Shown piece after piece: positions 7,733-15,648 of a DNA stretch of 32,000 nt; the stretch's first letter is position 1, and each line of letters opens with the position of its first letter. The stretch lies in contig NZ_CP047931.1 of assembly GCF_014280175.1 (NCBI RefSeq), forward strand, positions 1,140,001 through 1,172,000. Reading direction: 5' to 3'. A program made the position numbers and the translations under genes. The notes below the pieces were generated by a model. It was not told where the DNA came from and searched no databases. It saw only the letters and a program-made list of their open reading frames with translations. The DNA is from Synechococcus sp. A15-28. GTDB taxonomy: Bacteria > Cyanobacteriota > Cyanobacteriia > PCC-6307 > Cyanobiaceae.

Positions 7733-9704
7733 CGTCCCAGGGATCGCTATCCCGTCGGTTCAAGCTGCGACTCCTGGGTGGCCCACTCGGCGCGGCCCAG
7801 GGGTCTTCGTCCCAGTCATCGGCAAACAATTCATCCTTGAGTGAGCCGAGGGTGTTGCGCAAGCCCTGAAGAGGCCGGCCATCGGACTGACGCTCCACTG
7901 ACAGACGACGGTTCAGACCGAACAAAGCCTCCTCCAGGCCACTCACGCATAGATCAAGCTCCTGCAGATCGTCCTGTGCCAGGCAATCCTGCACATCGCG
8001 CATCGCCATCTCCACAGCGCGTTGCTGACGTTCCGCTCCGTAGGGGCCCAGTTCGAGGGCGGCATCACGCAGGCGGCGTTCCGCCTGGGCAACAAGTGTC
8101 TGGGCGCGGTTGCGACGCTCGATCTGATTGCGTTTGCGACGATCTTCATCCGCCCGGGCCTCCGCCTCGGCCAGTAGAGCGGTGACTTCCTCTTCATTGA
8201 GGTTGGATCCTCCCTGAATGGAGACGGACTGCTTTCGGCCCGTGGTGCGGTCCGTGGCACTGACCTGCAGAAGACCATTGGCATCGATGTCGAACGCCAC
8301 CTGCACCTGAGGGACACCCCGGGGCGCTGGGGGAATCCCGGAGAGCCGGAAACGCCCGAGCGACTTGTTGTCCGAAGCCATCTGCCGCTCGCCCTGCCAG
8401 ACATGGATTTCAACCGACGACTGGTTCGGCTCCGAGGTGCTGAACACATCGGACTGACGGACAGGAATCGGGGTGTTGCGCGGAATCAACACCTTCATCA
8501 GGCCACCGACGGTCTCCAGCCCGAGGGAGAGGGGGGTGACGTCATTCAGAAGTAGATCCCGAAGTTCGCCGGTGAGGATGCCGGCCTGCACGGCGGCGCC
8601 GATGGCCACCACCTCATCGGGATTCACCGATTGGCAGGGATCGAGCGGTACCAGGGTGCGTACCAATTGCTGCACCATCGGCATGCGGGTGGCTCCACCC
8701 ACGAGCACCACGTCATCGATGTCATCCGCGGCCCAACCGGAATCACGCAAGGCGGACTGAACAGGCATCAGCAAACGATCAAGCAGGTCCGGACAAAGGC
8801 CTTCAAAGCTGCTGCGGTCGAGGTTGGTCTCCACATGCAACGGCCCGTTATCGCCGGTTGCAATGAACGGCAGGGAAATCGGTGTCGTCAGAACGCCGGA
8901 CAATTCCTGTTTGGCCTTCTCGGCCGCTTCAGTGAGCCGTTGCAGGGCCTGGCGGTCTCGCCGCAGATCCATTCCGTGCTCTTTCTGAAATGCGTCAGCG
9001 ACCCAATCCACGATTCGCTGATCGAAATCATTGCCGCCCAGTTGCGTGTCTCCGTTGGTGGCTTTGACGTCGAACACGCCGTTCGCGATCCGCAGCAGGG
9101 ATACGTCAAACGTGCCGCCCCCCAGGTCGAAGACCAGCACACGACGAACGGCGCTGCGATCAAAGCCGTAAGCCAGAGCGGCAGCCGTGGGTTCATTGAG
9201 AATCCGCTCGACGGAAATGCCCGCCAGGCGTCCGGCGTCACGGGTGGCCTGACGCTGGGCGTCGTTGAAATAAGCCGGAACCGTGACCACAGCCGCTTCG
9301 ACGGTTTCCCCTAAGTAGGTGCTGGCGTCGTCCACCAATTTGCGGATGATGCTGGCCACCAGCTCCTCAGGCGCGTATTCCCGTTCCGTCACCGGACAGG
9401 GAACGCGAACCTGTCCCCGATCATTGGCACGAACCGTGTAGGGCACCGCAAGGCTGCTCTCCTCCAGTTCATCCCAGTCGCGCCCGACAAAACGCTTGAG
9501 GTTGGAGAAGGTGTTGCGCGGGCTCAGCACCAGCTGGCGCCGGGCCAGTTGTCCCACCAGCAGTTCCTGATCCTTGCTGTATCCGACGACGGATGGAGTC
9601 GTTCTGCCACCCTCCGCGTTGGCGATCACGTGGGGGCGACCTGCCTCGAGAACGGCAACGACCGAGTTCGTCGTCCCCAGATCGATCCCGACGATCCGCC
9701 CCAT
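7716..9704 (-). CDS. dnaK: Hsp70 chaperone DnaK (DnaK3-like paralog with an acidic Trp-rich tail)
   Basis: IVGIDLGTTNS, VFDLGGGTFDVS and VVLVGGATRMP Hsp70 signatures over the full length of 662 aa. Followed by an overlapping dnaJ-like gene, which I recall is also the dnaK3-dnaJ3 arrangement in Synechocystis. Confidence 0.95.
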   Translation of the reverse strand: MGRIVGIDLGTTNSVVAVLEAGRPHVIANAEGGRTTPSVVGYSKDQELLVGQLARRQLVLSPRNTFSNLKRFVGRDWDELEESSLAVPYTVRANDRGQVRVPCPVTEREYAPEELVASIIRKLVDDASTYLGETVEAAVVTVPAYFNDAQRQATRDAGRLAGISVERILNEPTAAALAYGFDRSAVRRVLVFDLGGGTFDVSLLRIANGVFDVKATNGDTQLGGNDFDQRIVDWVADAFQKEHGMDLRRDRQALQRLTEAAEKAKQELSGVLTTPISLPFIATGDNGPLHVETNLDRSSFEGLCPDLLDRLLMPVQSALRDSGWAADDIDDVVLVGGATRMPMVQQLVRTLVPLDPCQSVNPDEVVAIGAAVQAGILTGELRDLLLNDVTPLSLGLETVGGLMKVLIPRNTPIPVRQSDVFSTSEPNQSSVEIHVWQGERQMASDNKSLGRFRLSGIPPAPRGVPQVQVAFDIDANGLLQVSATDRTTGRKQSVSIQGGSNLNEEEVTALLAEAEARADEDRRKRNQIERRNRAQTLVAQAERRLRDAALELGPYGAERQQRAVEMAMRDVQDCLAQDDLQELDLCVSGLEEALFGLNRRLSVERQSDGRPLQGLRNTLGSLKDELFADDWDEDPWAAPSGPPRSRSLNRRDSDPWDDDFYR

Positions 9705-9782
9705 ACGTTTAAAACCTGTCAGTCCACGCTAACGGCTGCGGCCAGCCCATTCGCCAAGATCAACCTCCAGCAGAGGGACTTC

Positions 9783-9809
9783 GTTAAGCCATTCTTAGTG
9801 ACTTAAACC
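9783..9809 (+). promoter_or_regulatory. Weak Pho-box-like octamers upstream of pstC
   Basis: GTTAAGCC (9783-9790), CTTAGTGA (9794-9801), CTTAAACC (9802-9809). These match PyTTAAPyPy(T/A) at 5/8, 6/8 and 6/8. Only the first two are in 11-bp phase. Confidence 0.2.
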
Positions 9810-9848
9810 GATCTCGTCGATACGTTGACGAGGCGTTTATGTGCGGGA

Positions 9849-10799
9849 ATGTCCAACGAAACGGATAGTCAGTATCTCCTGCGGAACCGCCCACCATCCG
9901 AAAAGCTGGTGGATATCGGATTCAAGAACCTGGCCGTCATCCTGGCCTCCATGGTCGCCGTCGTCCTGTTCCTGATCCTGATCGTTGTGTTTCAGGGCAG
10001 CCTTGAGTCGATGGGGCGCTACGGATGGCAATTCCTGGTCACGTCCGATTGGAATCCGGTTGATGATGAATACGGAGCTGGAGCCGCCATTTACGGCACG
10101 TTGGTGACCTCACTGCTCTCGTTGCTCATCGCCGTCCCTCTGGGCGTTGGAACGGCAATTTTCATCACCGAGAACATCATCCCGCGACAGATTCGCAATG
10201 TGATCGGTGTGATGGTCGAACTTCTTGCGGCGATTCCCTCTGTCGTTCTTGGCCTCTGGGCCATTTTCGTGTTGGAGCCCTTTATTCGTCCGGCTCTTGA
10301 ATTGCTATTTCAGCTGTTCAACTGGATTCCCTTTTTCAGCACCCCCCCGATGGGTCCTGGCACGATTCCTGCGGTCTTGATCCTGGTGGTGATGATTCTG
10401 CCGATTATCACGGCCATTTCCCGTGACTCCCTGAATCAGGTTCCTCTCAAACTTCGCCAGGCGGCCTATGGCGTTGGTACGACCCGTTGGGGCGCCATCA
10501 TGAATGTGATGCTGCCGGCTGCAATTTCCGGAATTGTCGGCGGAGTGATGCTGGCCCTCGGCCGAGCCATGGGTGAAACCATGGCGGTGACCATGATCAT
10601 CGGCAATTCCAACAACTTCAGCATTTCGTTGCTGGCACCCGGCAACACGATTGCAGCCATGCTTGCCAATCAATTCGGTGAAGCTGATGGCTCTCAGGTG
10701 TCGTCACTGATGTATGCGGCATTCATCCTGATCATCATGACCCTTGCGGTGAACATCTTTGCCCAGTGGCTCGTGAAGCGTCTCAGCCTTAAGTACTGA
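9849..10799 (+). CDS. pstC: Phosphate ABC transporter permease PstC
   Basis: Multi-TM protein with the PstC-type EAA-like loop (LRQAAYGVGTTRWGAIMNVMLP), followed directly by pstA and pstB. The track start at 9825 is TTG. ATG 9849 (MSNETDS...) is preferred. Confidence 0.9.
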   Translation: MSNETDSQYLLRNRPPSEKLVDIGFKNLAVILASMVAVVLFLILIVVFQGSLESMGRYGWQFLVTSDWNPVDDEYGAGAAIYGTLVTSLLSLLIAVPLGVGTAIFITENIIPRQIRNVIGVMVELLAAIPSVVLGLWAIFVLEPFIRPALELLFQLFNWIPFFSTPPMGPGTIPAVLILVVMILPIITAISRDSLNQVPLKLRQAAYGVGTTRWGAIMNVMLPAAISGIVGGVMLALGRAMGETMAVTMIIGNSNNFSISLLAPGNTIAAMLANQFGEADGSQVSSLMYAAFILIIMTLAVNIFAQWLVKRLSLKY

Positions 10800-10801
10800 C
10801 C

Positions 10802-11719
10802 ATGACATCCTTCTATTCCAATCGAGCCTCTGAGGAGATCCCAGATCTTTCCTACAAGCCAGCTCTGGCGAGAAACTTCGGCAGCAGAATTCTGACAATT
10901 ATTGCCGGCATCTTTTCAGCCATTGCTGTTCTGCCGTTGGTCTTTGTTCTGGGCTATGTGATCGTCAAAGGTGGCAGCAAGATCAGCCTCGTTTTGTTCA
11001 CGGAACTGCCCCCACCCCCCGGCCTGGATGGTGGAGGCATTGCCAACGCCATCGTCGGCACAATTGTTGTCACCATCATTGCTGCGTTGATCGCCATTCC
11101 CGTCGGAGTGGGCGGTGGCATTTTCCTCGCTGAATACTCACGAAGCGGTTGGTTTGCACAGTTCATTCGCTTCGGAACCAATGTGCTTGCTGGTGTGCCG
11201 TCAATCATCGCCGGCGTCTTCATCTACGGCACGATCGTCACCAGCCGTGTCCTGTTCGGCAATGCCTACAGCGCTTTTGCCGGCGGCATGGCCCTCTCCA
11301 TTCTGATGCTGCCCACGGTGATCAAAACCACCGACGAGGGCCTGAAGCTGGTGTCCGATGACCTGCGACGCGGTGCCTTGGGTGTCGGGGCATCCCGATT
11401 TGTCACCATAGTGAGAATCACCCTGCCGACTGCCTTCACACCCATTGCAACGGGAGTGGTTCTGGCGATTGCCAGGGCCGCCGGTGAAACTGCTCCGCTG
11501 ATCTTCACCGCTCTGTTCTCACCCTTCTGGTCTGATCTTCTCTCAACGGATGGAATCTTCGCTCCCATCGCAACGTTGTCAGTGTTGATCTACAACTTCG
11601 CGATCATGCCCTACGAGTTCCACAACAAGTTGGCCTGGTCCGCATCGTTTGTTCTCGTTGTGATGATCCTCGGCTTGAATCTGTTCTCCCGATGGCTGGC
11701 CCGATTTGCTTCCAAGTGA
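10802..11719 (+). CDS. pstA: Phosphate ABC transporter permease PstA
   Basis: Six-TM permease with LRRGALGVGASRFVTIVRITLP and AGETAPL motifs. ATG lies 2 nt after the pstC stop. Confidence 0.9.
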   Translation: MTSFYSNRASEEIPDLSYKPALARNFGSRILTIIAGIFSAIAVLPLVFVLGYVIVKGGSKISLVLFTELPPPPGLDGGGIANAIVGTIVVTIIAALIAIPVGVGGGIFLAEYSRSGWFAQFIRFGTNVLAGVPSIIAGVFIYGTIVTSRVLFGNAYSAFAGGMALSILMLPTVIKTTDEGLKLVSDDLRRGALGVGASRFVTIVRITLPTAFTPIATGVVLAIARAAGETAPLIFTALFSPFWSDLLSTDGIFAPIATLSVLIYNFAIMPYEFHNKLAWSASFVLVVMILGLNLFSRWLARFASK

Positions 11720-11788
11720 TCGGACTTCAGCCCTCCACTTCACCATTCATTTCCTTCTCCCGTTTCCCCTCTGCGCCCCATCCGAGCC

Positions 11789-12610
11789 ATGACCACATCA
11801 CAACTTCAAACTGAACAACATCAGGTCTCGGACGACACCGCGATCTCGATCCAGAACGTCACCATCAGCTACGGCAGCTACGAAGCCGTCAAGAACGTCT
11901 ATTGCGACGTTCCACGCGGCAAGGTGACCGCCTTCATCGGCCCCTCCGGTTGCGGTAAGTCGACGGTGCTCCGTGCCCTCAACCGGATGAACGATCTGAT
12001 CGAGAGCTGTTCCCTCAAGGGTCGAGTTCTCTTTGACGGCGTCGATCTCTATGGCGCCAGTGTTGACCCGGTTGAAGTGCGTCGCCGGATCGGCATGGTG
12101 TTTCAACAGCCCAACCCCTTCCCCAAGAGCATTTACGAGAACATCGCCTTCGGTGCTCGTATTAACGGCTTCACCGGTGACATGGATGAACTGGTGGAAC
12201 GCTCCCTGCGCCAGGCGGCCGTCTGGGATGAGTGCAAGGACAAACTCAACGAGAGTGGTTATTCCCTCTCCGGTGGTCAGCAGCAGCGCCTGTGCATTGC
12301 TCGCACCATTGCCATCCAGCCTGAGGTGATCCTGATGGACGAACCCTGTTCAGCATTGGATCCGATTTCCACCCTGAAGATCGAGGAAACGATGCATGAG
12401 CTCAAGAAGAGCTTCACCATCGTGATCGTGACCCACAACATGCAGCAGGCCGTGCGCGTCAGCGACATGACGGCTTTCTACAACGCCGAAGCTGTCGAAG
12501 GTGGCACCGGAAAGGTGGGCTACCTCGTGGAGTTCAACGAAACCGGGAAGATCTTCAACTCCCCTCAACAGCAGGCCACACAGGACTACGTTTCCGGCCG
12601 GTTCGGTTGA
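11789..12610 (+). CDS. pstB: Phosphate ABC transporter ATP-binding protein PstB
   Basis: Walker [10 protein letters not shown], signature [13 protein letters not shown], Walker [12 protein letters not shown], and the PstB-typical C-terminus ...[10 protein letters not shown]. Confidence 0.95.
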   Translation: MTTSQLQTEQHQVSDDTAISIQNVTISYGSYEAVKNVYCDVPRGKVTAFIGPSGCGKSTVLRALNRMNDLIESCSLKGRVLFDGVDLYGASVDPVEVRRRIGMVFQQPNPFPKSIYENIAFGARINGFTGDMDELVERSLRQAAVWDECKDKLNESGYSLSGGQQQRLCIARTIAIQPEVILMDEPCSALDPISTLKIEETMHELKKSFTIVIVTHNMQQAVRVSDMTAFYNAEAVEGGTGKVGYLVEFNETGKIFNSPQQQATQDYVSGRFG

Positions 12611-12636
12611 TTTCTGAATCCAGATTTGATCAAGAA

Positions 12637-12661
12637 GGGTGGGTGACTCCACCCTTTTTTT
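12637..12661 (+). terminator. Intrinsic terminator after pstB
   Basis: GGGTGG (12637-12642) pairs with CCACCC (12649-12654) around a 6-nt loop. A run of seven T (12655-12661) follows. The element lies 27 nt after the pstB stop. Confidence 0.8.
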
Positions 12662-12675
12662 ATTGGACATCAAGC

Positions 12676-12702
12676 AAAAAAAATCCGGTCCCGAGGGACC
12701 GG
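12676..12702 (-). terminator. Intrinsic terminator after tRNA-Ser (minus strand)
   Basis: CCGGTCC (12685-12691) pairs with GGACCGG (12696-12702) around a 4-nt loop. It is flanked by A8 (12676-12683), which is a U-run on the minus-strand transcript. The element begins 5 nt after the tRNA 3' end. Confidence 0.7.
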
Positions 12703-12707
12703 GGAAG

Positions 12708-12794
12708 CGGAGAGCGAGGGATTCGAACCCTCGATAGAGTTGCCCCTATACAGCATTTCCAGTGCTGCGCCTTCGACCACTCGGCCAGCTCTCC
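12708..12794 (-). tRNA. tRNA-Ser (anticodon GGA), class II with long variable arm, CCA not encoded
   Basis: Reverse complement GGAGAGCTGGCCGAGTGGTCGAAGGCGCAGCACTGGAAATGCTGTATAGGGGCAACTCTATCGAGGGTTCGAATCCCTCGCTCTCCG. It folds by hand into a 7-bp acceptor stem, 3-bp D stem, 5-bp anticodon stem with loop CTGGAAA, a 6-bp variable arm, and a T arm GAGGG-TTCGAAT-CCCTC. Discriminator base is G. Confidence 0.95.
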
Positions 12795-12850
12795 ACCGGC
12801 TTTCACGTGGGGCAAGTGCGAATGTAGCAGGGCGTTTCCAGACAGGCCGG

Positions 12851-13219
12851 ATGGGCACCAGCCACCGAATCACCATTCACTGGCGGCAGGAAAATCGAAC
12901 CATCACCCATGATGTGCCCGAAGGCGAATACATCCTCCACAGCTTCGAGCGGCAGGGTGACCCGTTGCCCTTTTCCTGTCGCAACGGTTGCTGCACCAGC
13001 TGTGCTGTGCGTGTGCAACTTGGAAAGCTCGATCAACGGGAAGCCATGGGTCTTTCCCATGAGCTGAGACGTCAGGGTTACGGCCTGCTCTGCGTGGCGC
13101 GGGCCATCGGCCCCCTCGAAGCGGAAACCCAGGATGAGGATGAGGTCTACGACCTGCAGTTCGGTCGCCATTTCGGCCGCGGCAAGGTGACCGCAGGACT
13201 CCCCCTCGACGAGGAATGA
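12851..13219 (+). CDS. Plant-type [2Fe-2S] ferredoxin with C-terminal extension (FdC2/Fed2-like), 122 aa
   Basis: Cys pattern C-x4-C-x2-C ... C in FSCRNGCCTSCAVRV ... LLCVA. Tail [26 protein letters not shown] extends beyond a normal ferredoxin end. The track ORF start (12740) overlaps the tRNA, so ATG 12851 (MGTSHRITIHW) is chosen. Confidence 0.8.
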   Translation: MGTSHRITIHWRQENRTITHDVPEGEYILHSFERQGDPLPFSCRNGCCTSCAVRVQLGKLDQREAMGLSHELRRQGYGLLCVARAIGPLEAETQDEDEVYDLQFGRHFGRGKVTAGLPLDEE

Positions 13220-14109
13220 CCATGTCCTCATCGATCTGCAGTGCAGCAGCCAGTGCGGCTGGGCTCAATGACGACACGCTCGCCGTGTTGGTGAAGGTGG
13301 CACGACAGGCCGCAGACGCAGGTGGAGCTGAGTTGATGCGCCACTACGGCCGCCTGAGCTCCGTGGAAAGCAAAGGTCGCCTCGGTGATCTGGTCACCAA
13401 TGCCGATCTGGCCGCCGAACGCGTCGTACTGGATGTACTGGCCCGAGAAACGCCGGACATCGCCGTTCTGGCCGAAGAAAGCGGCGCGGCCGGTGAACAG
13501 GACGGACTGCGTTGGTGCGTTGACCCTCTCGACGGCACAACGAATTTCACCCACAGCTATCCGTTTTTTGCCACGTCGATCGGGCTGACCTTCCGCCAGC
13601 GACCAATCCTGGGGGCCATCGCTGTCCCCTTCCTGGGTGAAACCTATTGGGGAGCTCCAGGACAGGGTGCCCACTGCAACGACAGAACCATCCAGGTGAC
13701 CAGCTGTGAGCGACTGGAGGACTCACTGCTGGTCACCGGATTCGCCTACGACCGCCACACACGACTCGACAACAACTACGCCGAGTTCTGCTGGTTCACC
13801 CATCGAACCCGAGGGGTTCGACGCGGTGGCGCAGCAGCCGTGGATCTGGCTTTCGTCGCTGCCGGTCGTCAGGACGGGTACTGGGAACGGGGGCTGGCGC
13901 CCTGGGATCTCGCGGCCGGGGTGGCATTGGTGGAACTGGCTGGTGGGCGAATCAGCGGATATGGCGGTGAAGACTTTGATCTCTCGAGCGGCCGTGTGCT
14001 GGCCGCTGGGCCTGCGTTGCATCCGCGGATCGTTGATGTTCTGGCCCAGGTGAAACCACTGTCCGGCGAGGCCTTCGGAGCTCCGGAGGTCACGGCCATG
14101 GGATCCTGA
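13216..14109 (+). CDS. Inositol-monophosphatase-family phosphatase (SuhB/HisN-like)
   Basis: IMPase motifs [12 protein letters not shown] and [15 protein letters not shown]. The start ATG overlaps the ferredoxin stop (ATGA at 13216-13219). Confidence 0.88.
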   Translation: MTMSSSICSAAASAAGLNDDTLAVLVKVARQAADAGGAELMRHYGRLSSVESKGRLGDLVTNADLAAERVVLDVLARETPDIAVLAEESGAAGEQDGLRWCVDPLDGTTNFTHSYPFFATSIGLTFRQRPILGAIAVPFLGETYWGAPGQGAHCNDRTIQVTSCERLEDSLLVTGFAYDRHTRLDNNYAEFCWFTHRTRGVRRGGAAAVDLAFVAAGRQDGYWERGLAPWDLAAGVALVELAGGRISGYGGEDFDLSSGRVLAAGPALHPRIVDVLAQVKPLSGEAFGAPEVTAMGS

Positions 14110-14131
14110 GGCAACGCCGATACTTCCGGAG

Positions 14132-15310
14132 ATGGCGCTGCAACCCGCAGCTGGCGCGAGGGATCTGAATCCACGTCAGGTGGAATCCAACAGAAAGCTC
14201 AGCGAGCGGTTGGCTTCTGTCTTCCGTCTGTGGGGTTACGACGAGGTGTCCCCACCTCGCGTCGAACGCCTCGATACCCTGATGGCCGGTGGAGCCATCG
14301 CCAGCGAAGACGTGGTGCGGCTGGTCGCCGATGAGCCTTTGGGCCTGCGGCCCGAGATGACGGCGTCGATCGCCAGAGCTGCCTGCACACGATTGGCGTC
14401 CCGGCCTCGACCCCTTCGCCTCTGGGCATCGGGAACGGTGTTCCAGTCCAGGGCTGCCGATGAGGGTGGACAGTGCATCGAGGAAAATCTCCAGACCGGT
14501 GTGGAGCTGTTCGGCGTCGCACCGATCGAAGCCGAAATGGAGCTGCTGAGCCTGTTGATGGCAGCGCTGGAACGTCTTGAGTTGCAAAAGGAGCATCAGC
14601 CCCGTCTGTTGATGGGCCACACGGGCCTGATGGATCTGTTGCTCAGTCCCGTGGCGCCAGAACACCGCGAAGACGTTCGTACGGCACTGATCCAATTCGA
14701 TCGACTCGGATTGGAAGCCCTCGATCTGGACACCGAGCTTCAGACCACCCTCCTCAGCCTTCTGGGCTGCCGGGGCACCCCCAGTGATGTGCTGGATCGC
14801 TTGACCGCGTGCTTCGGAGCTCAGCCACTGTTTGAGGATCTGCGTCGACTCTGTCGCCAGCTGCTGGGACCGGCGGCAATCCAGGGAGTGCGGATCCAGC
14901 TGGACCCAACGTTCCAACCCAGATTCGAGCTCTACACGGGGTTGGTCTTCCAGCTGGTGTGTGACACAGCCTCGGCACCTGTGGTGGTGGCCCGTGGTGG
15001 CCGCTACGACGATCTGGTGCGACGTTGTGGCGCGCGTCCGGGGGATGACTTCGGGGCAGGCTTCAGCCTCGCCATTGATCCCATCCGCGAACTGTTGACT
15101 GAAACAGAAACCAAGCCACCGATGACACGTCAGTTGATGGTGGCGTTCTCAGAGCGCTCGACGCTTGAAGCAGCGCTGGAACGGCAACGGTGGTGGCATC
15201 AACAGGGCAGAAGCGCCGTGATTGAACTGCATCCGTTCCACGACCGCAGCAAGGCAGAACAGCAGGCCCAGGACCAGGGGGGCTTCCAGCTGGACTGGAT
15301 CGATCCTTAG
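14132..15310 (+). CDS. hisZ: ATP phosphoribosyltransferase regulatory subunit HisZ
   Basis: The HisRS-like catalytic-core paralog N-terminus [48 protein letters not shown] is typical of HisZ. 392 aa, no anticodon-binding domain. Confidence 0.85.
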   Translation: MALQPAAGARDLNPRQVESNRKLSERLASVFRLWGYDEVSPPRVERLDTLMAGGAIASEDVVRLVADEPLGLRPEMTASIARAACTRLASRPRPLRLWASGTVFQSRAADEGGQCIEENLQTGVELFGVAPIEAEMELLSLLMAALERLELQKEHQPRLLMGHTGLMDLLLSPVAPEHREDVRTALIQFDRLGLEALDLDTELQTTLLSLLGCRGTPSDVLDRLTACFGAQPLFEDLRRLCRQLLGPAAIQGVRIQLDPTFQPRFELYTGLVFQLVCDTASAPVVVARGGRYDDLVRRCGARPGDDFGAGFSLAIDPIRELLTETETKPPMTRQLMVAFSERSTLEAALERQRWWHQQGRSAVIELHPFHDRSKAEQQAQDQGGFQLDWIDP

Positions 15311-15334
15311 GATCAAAGTTGAGGTTTTTGCGCC

Positions 15335-15559
15335 ATGGCACACACGATCGTTACCGATGTCTGCGAGGGCGTTGCCGACTGTGTGGATGCCTGCCCTGTG
15401 GCCTGCATCGATCAGGGAAAAGGGAAAAACAAAAAAGGAACAGACTTCTACTGGATCAATTTCGACACCTGCATCGACTGCGGGATTTGTTTGCAGGTCT
15501 GCCCCGTTGAAGGGGCAATTCTGGCGGAGGAGCGACCTGACCTCCAGAAGGCAGGCTGA
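15335..15559 (+). CDS. Small bacterial-type di-cluster ferredoxin (74 aa)
   Basis: The second motif CIDCGICLQVCP is a canonical CxxCxxCxxxCP. The first motif CEGVADCVDACP is Cx5Cx3CP, i.e. non-canonical, possibly a [3Fe-4S]-type site. A Lys-rich insert GKGKNKKG lies between the two motifs. Confidence 0.85.
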   Translation: MAHTIVTDVCEGVADCVDACPVACIDQGKGKNKKGTDFYWINFDTCIDCGICLQVCPVEGAILAEERPDLQKAG

Positions 15560-15648
15560 GGGAAGCCAGGGGTTCGGAGAACCACCACCCGATCCCACTT
15601 GAGTCGATTCAGCCCCCCTCTCTATCGTCAGATTTTTCCTGCAGCCCA

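Noticed and set aside
9705-9848. CIRCE (TTAGCACTC-N9-GAGTGCTAA) heat-shock operator upstream of dnaK; also checked upstream of htpG at 15560-15648
   Set aside because: No match to either CIRCE half-site was found by eye in these spacers.
9825-9848. TTG at 9825 as the pstC start (track call)
   Set aside because: It lies within the loop/stem of the leader hairpin at 9813-9832 and adds eight non-conserved residues. ATG 9849 is the more conventional choice, although the TTG cannot be excluded without N-terminal data.
12740-12850. N-terminal extension of the ferredoxin ORF (track start 12740)
   Set aside because: It overlaps the tRNA-Ser gene (12708-12794) on the opposite strand. A ferredoxin of normal length starts at ATG 12851.
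14090-14917. 275-aa minus-strand ORF antisense to hisZ. Similar cases: 20182..20958 (-) in ggtB, 8631..9314 (+) in dnaK, 16567..17118 (-) in htpG, 19277..19873 (-) in ggpS
   Set aside because: All are nested in well-supported genes on the opposite strand. None has motifs, plausible start contexts or independent spacing. They are the expected by-product of GC-rich coding DNA.
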